DNA of 64,000 bases from Centroscyllium fabricii (Eukaryota), in NCBI GenBank assembly GCA_051313645.2, contig JBNRSN020000020.1, positions 106,516,001 to 106,580,000 of the forward strand, in the 5' to 3' direction. The notes below the pieces were generated by a model. It saw only the letters and a list, made by a program, of their open reading frames with translations, was not told the origin of the DNA and did not search any database. Position numbers and translations under genes: made by a program. The first letter of the stretch is position 1; each line of letters opens with the position of its first letter. Shown here one piece after another: positions 36,101 through 48,100 of this stretch.

Positions 36101-39100
36101 CTCCTCTTCAGTCAGTAATCTCACTTCACTCAGTAATCTCCCCTCTTCAGTCAGTAATCTCTCCTCTTCAGTCAGTAATCTCTCCTCTTCAGTCAGTAAT
36201 CTCTCCTCTTCAGTCAGTAATCTCTCCTCTTCAGTCAGTAATCTCTCCTCTTCAGTTAGTAATCTCTCATCTTCAGTCAGTAATCTCTCCTCTTCAGTCA
36301 GTAATCTCCCCTCTTCAGTCAGTAATCTCTCCTCTTCAGTCAGTAATATCTCCTCTTCAGTCAGTAATCTCCCCTCTTCAGTCAGTAATCTCTCCTCTTC
36401 AGTCAGTAATCTCTCCTCTTCAGTCAGTAATCTCTCCTCTTCAGTCAGTAATCTCTCCTCTTCAGTTAGTAATCTCCCCTCTTCAGTCAGTAATCTCCCC
36501 TCTTCAGTCAGTAATCTCCCCTCTTCAGTCAGTAATCTCCCCTCTTCAGTCAGTAATCTCTCCTCTTCAGTCAGTAATCTCCCCTCTTCAGTCAGTAATC
36601 TCTCCTCTTCAGTCAGTAATCTCTCCTCTTCCGTCAGTAATCTCCCCTCTTCAGTCAGTAATCTCTCCTCTTCAGTCAGTAATCTCTCCTCTTCATTCAG
36701 TAATCTCTCCTCTTCAGTCAGTAATCTCTCCTCTTCAGTCAGTAATCTCCCCTCTTCAGTCAGTAATCTCCCCTCTTCAGTCAGTAATCTCTCCTCTTCA
36801 GTCAGTAATCTCCCCTCTTCAGTCAGTAATCTCCCCTCTTCAGTCAGTAATCTCTCCTCTTAAGTCAATAATCTCTCCTCTTCAGTCAGTAATCTCTCCT
36901 CTTCAGTGTGTAATCTCCCCTCTTCAGTCAGTAATCTCTCCTCTTCAGTCAGTAATCTCTCCTCTTCAGTCAGTAATATCTCCTCTTCAGTCAGTAATCT
37001 CTCCTCTTCAGTCAGTAATCTCCCCTCTTCAGTCAGTAATCTCCCCTCTTCAGTCAGTAATCTCCCCTCTTCAGTTAGTAATCTCTCCTCTTCAGTCAGT
37101 AATCTCTCCTCTTCAGTCAGTAATCTCTCCTCTTCAGTCAGTAATCTCCCCTCTTCAGTCAGTAATCTCTCCTCTTCAGTCAGTAATCTCTCCTCTTCAG
37201 TCAGTAATCTCTCATCTTCAGTCAGTAATCTCTCCTCTTCAGTCGGTAATCTCTCCTCTTCAGTCAGTAATCTCCCGTCTTCAGTCAGTAATCTCTCCTC
37301 CTCAGTCAGTAATCTCTCCTCTTCAGTCAGTAATCTCTCCTCTTCAGTCAGTAATCTCTCCTCTTCAGTCAGTAATCTCTCCTCTTCAGTCAGTAATCTC
37401 TCCTCTTCAGTCAGTAATCTCCCCTCTTCAGTCAGTAATCTCTCCTCTTCAGTCAGTAATCTCTCTTCAGTCAGTAATCTCCCCTCTTCAGTCAGTAATC
37501 TCTCCTCTTCAGTCAGTAATCTCTCCTCTTCAGTCAGTAATCTCTCCTCTTCTGTCAGTAATCTCCCCTCTTCAGTCAGTAATCTCTCCTCTTCAGTCAA
37601 TAATCTCTCCTCTTCAGTCAGTAATCTCTCAGCTTCAGTCAGTAATCTCCCCTCTTCAGTCAGTAATCTCTCCTCTTCAGTCAGTAATCTCCCCTCTTCA
37701 GTCAGTAATCTTTCCTCTTCAGTCAGTAATCTCCCCTCTTCAGTTAGTAATCTCTCCTCTTCAGTCAGTAATCTCTCCTCTTCAGTCAGTAATCTCTCCT
37801 CTTCAGTCAGTAATCTCTCCTCTTCAGTCAGTAATCTCACCTCTTCAGTCATTAATCTCTCCTCTTCAGTCAGTAATCTCTCTTCTTCAGTCAGTAATCT
37901 CTCCTCTTCAGTCAGTAATCTCCCCTCTTCAGTCAGTAATCTCTCCTCTTCAGTCAGTAATCTCTCCTCTTCAGTCAGTAATCTCCCCTCTTCAGTCAGT
38001 TATCTCCCGTCTTCCGTCAGTAATCTCTCCTCTTCAGTCAGTAATCTCTCCTCTTCAGTCAGTAATCTCTCATCTTCAGTCAGTAATCTCTCCTCTTCAG
38101 TCAGTAATCTCCCCTCTTCAGTCAGTAATCTCCCCTCTTCAGTCAGTAATCTCCCCTCTTCAGTCAGTAATCTCTCCTCTTCAGTCAGTAATCTCTCCTC
38201 TTCAGTCAGTAATCTCCCCTCTTCAGTCAGCAATCTCTCTTCTTCAGTCAGTAATCTCCCCTCTTCAGTCAGTAATCTCTCCTCTTCAGTCAGTAATCTC
38301 TCCTCTTCCGTCAGTAATCTCCCCTCTTCAGTCAGTAATCTCTCCTCTTCAGTCAATAATCTCTCCTCTTGAGTCAGTAATCTCTCATCTTCAGTCAGTA
38401 ATCTCCCCTCTTCAGTCAGTAATCTCTCCTCTTCAGTCAGTAATCTCCCCTCTTCAGTCAGTAATCTCTCATCTTCAGTCAGTAATCTCCCCTCTTCAGT
38501 CAGTAATCTCTCCTCTTCAGTAAGTAATCTCTCCTCTTCCGTCAGTAATCTCCCCTCTTCAGTCAGTAATCTCTCCTCTTCAGTCAGTAATCTCTCATCT
38601 TCGGTCAGTAATCTCCCCTCTTCGGTCAGTAATCTCTCCTCTTCAGTCAGTAATCTCCCCTCTTCAGTCAGTAATCTCTCATCTTCAGTCAGTAATCTCC
38701 CCTCTTCAGTCAGTAATCTCTCCTCTTCAGTCAGTAATCTCCCCTCTTCAGTCAGTAATCTCCCCTCTTCAGTCAGTAATCTCTCCTCTTCAGTCAGTAA
38801 TCTCTCCTCTTCAGTCAGTAATCTCACTTCACTCAGTAATCTCCCCTCTTCAGTCAGTAATCTCTCCTCTTCAGTCAGTAATCTCTCCTCTTCAGTCAGT
38901 AATCTCTCCTCTTCAGTCAGTAATCTCTCCTCTTCAGTCAGTAATCTCTCCTCTTCAGTTAGTAATCTCTCATCTTCAGTCAGTAATCTCTCCTCTTCAG
39001 TCAGTAATCTCCCCACTTCAGTCAGTAATCTCTCCTCTTCAGTCAGTAATCTCTCCTCTTCAGTCAGTAATCTCACTTCACTCAGTAATCTCCCCTCTTC

Positions 39101-42100
39101 AGTCAGTAATCTCTCCTCTTCAGTCAGTAATCTCTCCTCTTCAGTCAGTAATCTCTCCTCTTCAGTCAGTAATCTCTCCTCTTCAGTTAGTAATCTCTCA
39201 TCTTCAGTCAGTAATCTCTCCTCTTCAGTCAGTAATCTCCCCTCTTCAGTCAGTAATCTCTCCTCTTCAGTCAGTAATATCTCCTCTTTAGTCAGTAATC
39301 TCCCCTCTTCAGTCAGTAATCTCTCCTCTTCAGTCAGTAATCTCTCCTCTTCAGTCAGTAATCTCTCCTCTTCAGTCAGTAATCTCTCCTCTTCAGTTAG
39401 TAATCTCCCCTCTTCAGTCAGTAATCTCCCCTCTTCAGTCAGTAATCTCCCCTCTTCAGTCAGTAATCTCCCCGCTTCAGTCAGTAATCTCTCCTCTTCA
39501 GTCAGTAATCTCCCCTCTTCAGTCAGTAATCTCTCCTCTTCAGTCAGTAATCTCTCCTCTTCCGTCAGTAATCTCCCCTCTTCAGTCAGTAATCTCTCCT
39601 CTTCAGTCAGTAATCTCTCCTCTTCATTCAGTAATCTCTCCTCTTCAGTCAGTAATCTCTCCTCTTCAGTCAGTAATCTCCCCTCTTCAGTCAGTAATCT
39701 CCCCTCTTCAGTCAGTAATCTCTCCTCTTCAGTCAGTAATCTCCCCTCTTCAGTCAGTAATCTCCCCTCTTCAGTCAGTAATCTCTCCTCTTAAGTCAAT
39801 AATCTCTCCTCTTCAGTCAGTAATCTCTCCTCTTCAGTGTGTAATCTCCCCTCTTCAGTCAGTAATCTCTCCTCTTCAGTCAGTAATCTCTCCTCTTCAG
39901 TCAGTAATATCTCCTCTTCAGTCAGTAATCTCTCCTCTTCAGTCAGTAATCTCCCCTCTTCAGTCAGTAATCTCCCCTCTTCAGTCAGTAATCTCCCCTC
40001 TTCAGTTAGTAATCTCTCCTCTTCAGTCAGTAATCTCTCCTCTTCAGTCAGTAATCTCTCCTCTTCAGTCAGTAATCTCCCCTCTTCAGTCAGTAATCTC
40101 TCCTCTTCAGCCAGTAATCTCTCCTCTTCAGTCAGTAATCTCTCATCTTCAGTCAGTAATCTCTCCTCTTCAGTCGGTAATCTCTCCTCTTCAGTCAGTA
40201 ATCTCCCGTCTTCAGTCAGTAATCTCCCCTCTTCAGTCAGTAATCTCTCCTCCTCAGTCAGTAATCTCTCCTCTTCAGTCAGTAATCTCTCCTCTTCAGT
40301 CAGTAATCTCTCCTCTTCAGTCAGTAATCTCTCCTCTTCAGTCAGTAATCTCTCCTCTTCAGTCAGTAATCTCCCCGTTCAGTCAGTAATCTCCCCTCTT
40401 CAGTCAGTAATCTCTCCTCTTCAGTCAGTAATCTCTCCTCTTCAGTCAGTAATCTCCCCTCTTCAGTTAGTAATCTCCCCTCTTCAGTTAGTAATCTCCC
40501 CTCTTCAGTCAGTAATCTCTCCTCTTCAGTCAGTAATCCCCCCTCTTCAGTCAGTAATCTCTCCTCTTCAGTCAGTAATCTCTCCTCTTCAATCAGTAAT
40601 CACCCCTCTTCAGTCAGTAATCTCTCCTCTTCAGTCAGTAATCTCTCCTCTTCAGTCAGTATTCTCTCCTCTTCAGTCAGTAATCTCTCCTCTTCAGTCA
40701 GTAATCTCTCCTCTTCAGTCAGTAATCTCTCCTCTTTAGTCAGTAACCTCTCCTCTTCAGTCAGTAATCTCACCTCTTCAGTCATTAATCTCTCCTCTTC
40801 AGTCAGTAAGCTCTCTTCTTCAGTCAGTAATCTCTCCTCTTCAGTCAGTAATCTCCCCACTTCAGTCAGTAATCTCTCCTCTTCAATCAGTAATCTCCCC
40901 TCTTCAGTCAGTAATCTCTCCTCATCAGTCAGTAATCTCTCCTCTTCAGTCAGTTATCTCCCCTCTTCAGTCAGTAATCTCCCGTCTTCCGTCAGTAATC
41001 TCTCCTCTTCAGTCAGTAATCTCTCCTCTTCAGTCAGTAATCTCCCCTCTTCAGTCAGTAATCTCTCCTCTTCAGTCAGTAATCTCCCCTCTTCAGTCAG
41101 TAATCTCTCCTCTTCAGTCAGCAATCTCTCTTCTTCAGTCAGTAATCTCCCCTCTTCAGTCAGTAATCTCTCCTCTTCAGTCAGTAATCTCCCCTCTTCA
41201 GTCAGTTATCTCCCGTCTTCCGTCAGTAATCTCTCCTCTTCAGTCAGTAATCTCTCCTCTTCAGTCAGTAATCTCTCATCTTCAGTCAGTAATCTCTCCT
41301 CTTCAGTCAGTAATCTCCCCTCTTCAGTCAGTAATCTCCCCTCTTCAGTCAGTAATCTCCCCTCTTCAGTCAGTAATCTCTCCTCTTCAGTCAGTAATCT
41401 CTCCTCTTCAGTCAGTAATCTCCCCTCTTCAGTCAGCAATCTCTCTTCTTCAGTCAGTAATCTCCCCTCTTCAGTCAGTAATCTCTCCTCTTCAGTCAGT
41501 AATCTCTCCTCTTCCGTCAGTAATCTCCCCTCTTCAGTCAGTAATCTCTCCTCTTCAGTCAATAATCTCTCCTCTTGAGTCAGTAATCTCTCATCTTCAG
41601 TCAGTAATCTCCCCTCTTCAGTCAGTAATCTCTCCTCTTCAGTCAGTAATCTCCCCTCTTCAGTCAGTAATCTCTCATCTTCAGTCAGTAATCTCCCCTC
41701 TTCAGTCAGTAATCTCTCCTCTTCAGTAAGTAATCTCTCCTCTTCCGTCAGTAATCTCCCCTCTTCAGTCAGTAATCTCTCCTCTTCAGTCAGTAATCTC
41801 TCATCTTCGGTCAGTAATCTCCCCTCTTCGGTCAGTAATCTCTCCTCTTCAGTCAGTAATCTCCCCTCTTCAGTCAGTAATCTCTCATCTTCAGTCAGTA
41901 ATCTCCCCTCTTCAGTCAGTAATCTCTCCTCTTCAGTCAGTAATCTCCCCTCTTCAGTCAGTAATCTCCCCTCTTCAGTCAGTAATCTCTCCTCTTCAGT
42001 CAGTAATCTCTCCTCTTCAGTCAGTAATCTCACTTCACTCAGTAATCTCCCCTCTTCAGTCAGTAATCTCTCCTCTTCAGTCAGTAATCTCTCCTCTTCA

Positions 42101-45100
42101 GTCAGTAATCTCTCCTCTTCAGTCAGTAATCTCTCCTCTTCAGTCAGTAATCTCTCCTCTTCAGTTAGTAATCTCTCATCTTCAGTCAGTAATCTCTCCT
42201 CTTCAGTCAGTAATCTCCCCACTTCAGTCAGTAATCTCTCCTCTTCAGTCAGTAATCTCTCCTCTTCAGTCAGTAATCTCACTTCACTCAGTAATCTCCC
42301 CTCTTCAGTCAGTAATCTCTCCTCTTCAGTCAGTAATCTCTCCTCTTCAGTCAGTAATCTCTCCTCTTCAGTCAGTAATCTCTCCTCTTCAGTTAGTAAT
42401 CTCTCATCTTCAGTCAGTAATCTCTCCTCTTCAGTCAGTAATCTCCCCTCTTCAGTCAGTAATCTCTCCTCTTCAGTCAGTAATATCTCCTCTTTAGTCA
42501 GTAATCTCCCCTCTTCAGTCAGTAATCTCTCCTCTTCAGTCAGTAATCTCTCCTCTTCAGTCAGTAATCTCTCCTCTTCAGTCAGTAATCTCTCCTCTTC
42601 AGTTAGTAATCTCCCCTCTTCAGTCAGTAATCTCCCCTCTTCAGTCAGTAATCTCCCCTCTTCAGTCAGTAATCTCCCCGCTTCAGTCAGTAATCTCTCC
42701 TCTTCAGTCAGTAATCTCCCCTCTTCAGTCAGTAATCTCTCCTCTTCAGTCAGTAATCTCTCCTCTTCCGTCAGTAATCTCCCCTCTTCAGTCAGTAATC
42801 TCTCCTCTTCAGTCAGTAATCTCTCCTCTTCATTCAGTAATCTCTCCTCTTCAGTCAGTAATCTCTCCTCTTCAGTCAGTAATCTCCCCTCTTCAGTCAG
42901 TAATCTCCCCTCTTCAGTCAGTAATCTCTCCTCTTCAGTCAGTAATCTCCCCTCTTCAGTCAGTAATCTCCCCTCTTCAGTCAGTAATCTCTCCTCTTAA
43001 GTCAATAATCTCTCCTCTTCAGTCAGTAATCTCTCCTCTTCAGTGTGTAATCTCCCCTCTTCAGTCAGTAATCTCTCCTCTTCAGTCAGTAATCTCTCCT
43101 CTTCAGTCAGTAATATCTCCTCTTCAGTCAGTAATCTCTCCTCTTCAGTCAGTAATCTCCCCTCTTCAGTCAGTAATCTCCCCTCTTCAGTCAGTAATCT
43201 CCCCTCTTCAGTTAGTAATCTCTCCTCTTCAGTCAGTAATCTCTCCTCTTCAGTCAGTAATCTCTCCTCTTCAGTCAGTAATCTCCCCTCTTCAGTCAGT
43301 AATCTCTCCTCTTCAGCCAGTAATCTCTCCTCTTCAGTCAGTAATCTCTCATCTTCAGTCAGTAATCTCTCCTCTTCAGTCGGTAATCTCTCCTCTTCAG
43401 TCAGTAATCTCCCGTCTTCAGTCAGTAATCTCCCCTCTTCAGTCAGTAATCTCTCCTCCTCAGTCAGTAATCTCTCCTCTTCAGTCAGTAATCTCTCCTC
43501 TTCAGTCAGTAATCTCTCCTCTTCAGTCAGTAATCTCTCCTCTTCAGTCAGTAATCTCTCCTCTTCAGTCAGTAATCTCCCCGTTCAGTCAGTAATCTCC
43601 CCTCTTCAGTCAGTAATCTCTCCTCTTCAGTCAGTAATCTCTCCTCTTCAGTCAGTAATCTCCCCTCTTCAGTTAGTAATCTCCCCTCTTCAGTTAGTAA
43701 TCTCCCCTCTTCAGTCAGTAATCTCTCCTCTTCAGTCAGTAATCCCCCCTCTTCAGTCAGTAATCTCTCCTCTTCAGTCAGTAATCTCTCCTCTTCAATC
43801 AGTAATCACCCCTCTTCAGTCAGTAATCTCTCCTCTTCAGTCAGTAATCTCTCCTCTTCAGTCAGTATTCTCTCCTCTTCAGTCAGTAATCTCTCCTCTT
43901 CAGTCAGTAATCTCTCCTCTTCAGTCAGTAATCTCTCCTCTTTAGTCAGTAACCTCTCCTCTTCAGTCAGTAATCTCACCTCTTCAGTCATTAATCTCTC
44001 CTCTTCAGTCAGTAAGCTCTCTTCTTCAGTCAGTAATCTCTCCTCTTCAGTCAGTAATCTCCCCACTTCAGTCAGTAATCTCTCCTCTTCAATCAGTAAT
44101 CTCCCCTCTTCAGTCAGTAATCTCTCCTCATCAGTCAGTAATCTCTCCTCTTCAGTCAGTTATCTCCCCTCTTCAGTCAGTAATCTCCCGTCTTCCGTCA
44201 GTAATCTCTCCTCTTCAGTCAGTAATCTCTCCTCTTCAGTCAGTAATCTCCCCTCTTCAGTCAGTAATCTCTCCTCTTCAGTCAGTAATCTCCCCTCTTC
44301 AGTCAGTAATCTCTCCTCTTCAGTCAGCAATCTCTCTTCTTCAGTCAGTAATCTCCCCTCTTCAGTCAGTAATCTCTCCTCTTCAGTCAGTAATCTCTCC
44401 TCTTCCGTCAGTAATCTCCCCTCTTCAGTCAGTAATCTCTCCTCTTCAGTCAATAATCTCTCCTCTTGAGTCAGTAATCTCTCATCTTCAGTCAGTAATC
44501 TCCCCTCTTCAGTCAGTAATCTCTCCTCTTCAGTCAGTAATCTCCCCTCTTCAGTCAGTAATCTCTCATCTTCAGTCAGTAATCTCCCCTCTTCGGTCAG
44601 TAATCTCTCCTCTTCAGTAAGTAATCTCTCCTCTTCCGTCAGTAATCTCCCCTCTTCAGTCAGTAATCTCTCCTCTTCAGTCAGTAATCTCTCATCTTCG
44701 GTCAGTAATCTCCCCTCTTCGGTCAGTAATCTCTCCTCTTCAGTCAGTAATCTCCCCTCTTCAGTCAGTAATCTCTCATCTTCAGTCAGTAATCTCCCCT
44801 CTTCAGTCAGTAATCTCTCCTCTTCAGTCAGTAATCTCCCCTCTTCAGTCAGTAATCTCCCCTCTTCAGTCAGTAATCTCTCCTCTTCAGTCAGTAATCT
44901 CTCCTCTTCAGTCAGTAATCTCACTTCACTCAGTAATCTCCCCTCTTCAGTCAGTAATCTCTCCTCTTCAGTCAGTAATCTCTCCTCTTCAGTCAGTAAT
45001 CTCTCCTCTTCAGTCAGTAATCTCTCCTCTTCAGTCAGTAATCTCTCCTCTTCAGTTAGTAATCTCTCATCTTCAGTCAGTAATCTCTCCTCTTCAGTCA

Positions 45101-48100
45101 GTAATCTCCCCACTTCAGTCAGTAATCTCTCCTCTTCAGTCAGTAATCTCTCCTCTTCAGTCAGTAATCTCACTTCACTCAGTAATCTCCCCTCTTCAGT
45201 CAGTAATCTCTCCTCTTCAGTCAGTAATCTCTCCTCTTCAGTCAGTAATCTCTCCTCTTCAGTCAGTAATCTCTCCTCTTCAGTCAGTAATCTCTCCTCT
45301 TCAGTTAGTAATCTCTCATCTTCAGTCAGTAATCTCTCCTCTTCAGTCAGTAATCTCCCCTCTTCAGTCAGTAATCTCTCCTCTTCAGTCAGTAATATCT
45401 CCTCTTTAGTCAGTAATCTCCCCTCTTCAGTCAGTAATCTCTCCTCTTCAGTCAGTAATCTCTCCTCTTCAGTCAGTAATCTCTCCTCTTCAGTCAGTAA
45501 TCTCTCCTCTTCAGTTAGTAATCTCCCCTCTTCAGTCAGTAATCTCCCCTCTTCAGTCAGTAATCTCCCCTCTTCAGTCAGTAATTTCCCCTCTTCAGTC
45601 AGTAATCTCTCCTCTTCAGTCAGTAATCTCCCCTCTTCAGTCAGTAATCTCTCCTCTTCAGTCAGTAATCTCTCCTCTTCCGTCAGTAATCTCCCCTCTT
45701 CAGTCAGTAATCTCTCCTCTTCAGTCAGTAATCTCTCCTCTTCATTCAGTAATCTCTCCTCTTCAGTCAGTAATCTCTCCTCTTCAGTCAGTAATCTCCC
45801 CTCTTCAGTCAGTAATCTCCCCTCTTCAGTCAGTAATCTCTCCTCTTCAGTCAGTAATCTCCCCTCTTCAGTCAGTAATCTCCCCTCTTCAGTCAGTAAT
45901 CTCTCCTCTTAAGTCAATAATCTCTCCTCTTCAGTCAGTAATCTCTCCTCTTCAGTGTGTAATCTCCCCTCTTCAGTCAGTAATCTCTCCTCTTCAGTCA
46001 GTAATCTCTCCTCTTCAGTCAGTAATATCTCCTCTTCAGTCAGTAATCTCTCCTCTTCAGTCAGTAATCTCCCCTCTTCAGTCAGTAATCTCCCCTCTTC
46101 AGTCAGTAATCTCCCCTCTTCAGTTAGTAATCTCTCCTCTTCAGTCAGTAATCTCTCCTCTTCAGTCAGTAATCTCTCCTCTTCAGTCAGTAATCTCCCC
46201 TCTTCAGTCAGTAATCTCTCCTCTTCAGTCAGTAATCTCTCCTCTTCAGTCAGTAATCTCTCATCTTCAGTCAGTAATCTCTCCTCTTCAGTCGGTAATC
46301 TCTCCTCTTCAGTCAGTAATCTCCCGTCTTCAGTCAGTAATCTCCCCTCTTCAGTCAGTAATCTCTCCTCCTCAGTCAGTAATCTCTCCTCTTCAGTCAG
46401 TAATCTCTCCTCTTCAGTCAGTAATCTCTCCTCTTCAGTCAGTAATCTCTCCTCTTCAGTCAGTAATCTCTCCTCTTCAGTCAGTAATCTCCCCGTTCAG
46501 TCAGTAATCTCCCCTCTTCAGTCAGTAATCTCTCCTCTTCAGTCAGTAATCTCTCCTCTTCAGTCAGTAATCTCCCCTCTTCAGTTAGTAATCTCCCCTC
46601 TTCAGTTAGTAATCTCCCCTCTTCAGTCAGTAATCTCTCCTCTTCAGTCAGTAATCCCCCCTCTTCAGTCAGTAATCTCTCCTCTTCAGTCAGTAATCTC
46701 TCCTCTTCAATCAGTAATCACCCCTCTTCAGTCAGTAATCTCTCCTCTTCAGTCAGTAATCTCTCCTCTTCAGTCAGTATTCTCTCCTCTTCAGTCAGTA
46801 ATCTCTCCTCTTCAGTCAGTAATCTCTCCTCTTCAGTCAGTAATCTCTCCTCTTTAGTCAGTAATCTCTCCTCTTCAGTCAGTAATCTCACCTCTTCAGT
46901 CATTAATCTCTCCTCTTCAGTCAGTAAGCTCTCTTCTTCAGTCAGTAATCTCTCCTCTTCAGTCAGTAATCTCCCCACTTCAGTCAGTAATCTCTCCTCT
47001 TCAATCAGTAATCTCCCCTCTTCAGTCAGTAATCTCTCCTCATCAGTCAGTAATCTCTCCTCTTCAGTCAGTTATCTCCCCTCTTCAGTCAGTAATCTCC
47101 CGTCTTCCATCAGTAATCTCTCCTCTTCAGTCAGTAATCTCTCCTCTTCAGTCAGTAATCTCCCCTCTTCAGTCAGTAATCTCTCCTCTTCAGTCAGTAA
47201 TCTCCCCTCTTCAGTCAGTAATCTCTCCTCTTCAGTCAGTAATCTCTCCTCTTCCGTCAGTAATCTCCCCTCTTCAGTCAGTAATCTCTCCTCTTCAGTC
47301 AATAATCTCTCCTCTTCAGTCAGTAATCTCTCCTCTTCAGTCAGTAATCTCCCCTCTTCAGTCAGTAATCTCTCCTCTTCAGTCAGTAATCTCCCCTCTT
47401 CAGTCAGTAATCTCTCCTCTTCAGTCAGTAATCTCTCCTCTTCAGTCAGTAATCTCTCATCTTCAGTCAGTAATCTCTCCTCTTCAGTCAGTAATCTCCC
47501 CTCTTCAGTCAGTAATCTCTCCTCTTCAGTCAGTAATCTCCCCTCTTCAGTCAGTAATCTCTCCTCTTTTGTCAGTAATCTCTCCTCTTCAGTCAGTAAT
47601 CTCCCCTCTTCAGTTAGTAATCTCTCCTCTTCAGTCAGTAATCTCTCCTCTTCATTTAGTAATCTCTCCTCTTCAGTCAGTAATCTCCCCTCTTCAGTCA
47701 GTATTCTCTCCTCTTCAGTCAGTAATCTCTCTTCTTCAGTCAGTAATCTCCCCTCTTCAGTCAGTAATCTCCCCTCTTCAGTCAGTAATCTCCCCTCTTC
47801 AGTCAGTAATCTCTCCTCTTCAGTCAGTAATCTCTCATCTTCAGTCAGTAATCTCTCCTCTTCAGTCAGTAATCTCCCCTCTTCAGTCAGTAATCTCTCC
47901 TCTTCAGTCAGTAATCTCCCCTCTTCAGTCAGTAATCTCTCCTCTTCAGTCAGTAATCTCTCCTCTTCAGTCAGTAATCTCCCCTCTTCAGTCAGTAATC
48001 TCCCCTCTTCAGTCAGTAATCTCTCCTCTTCAGTCAGTAATCTCTCCTCTTCAGTCAGTAATCTCTCATCTTCAGTCAGTAATCTCTCATCTTCAGTCAG

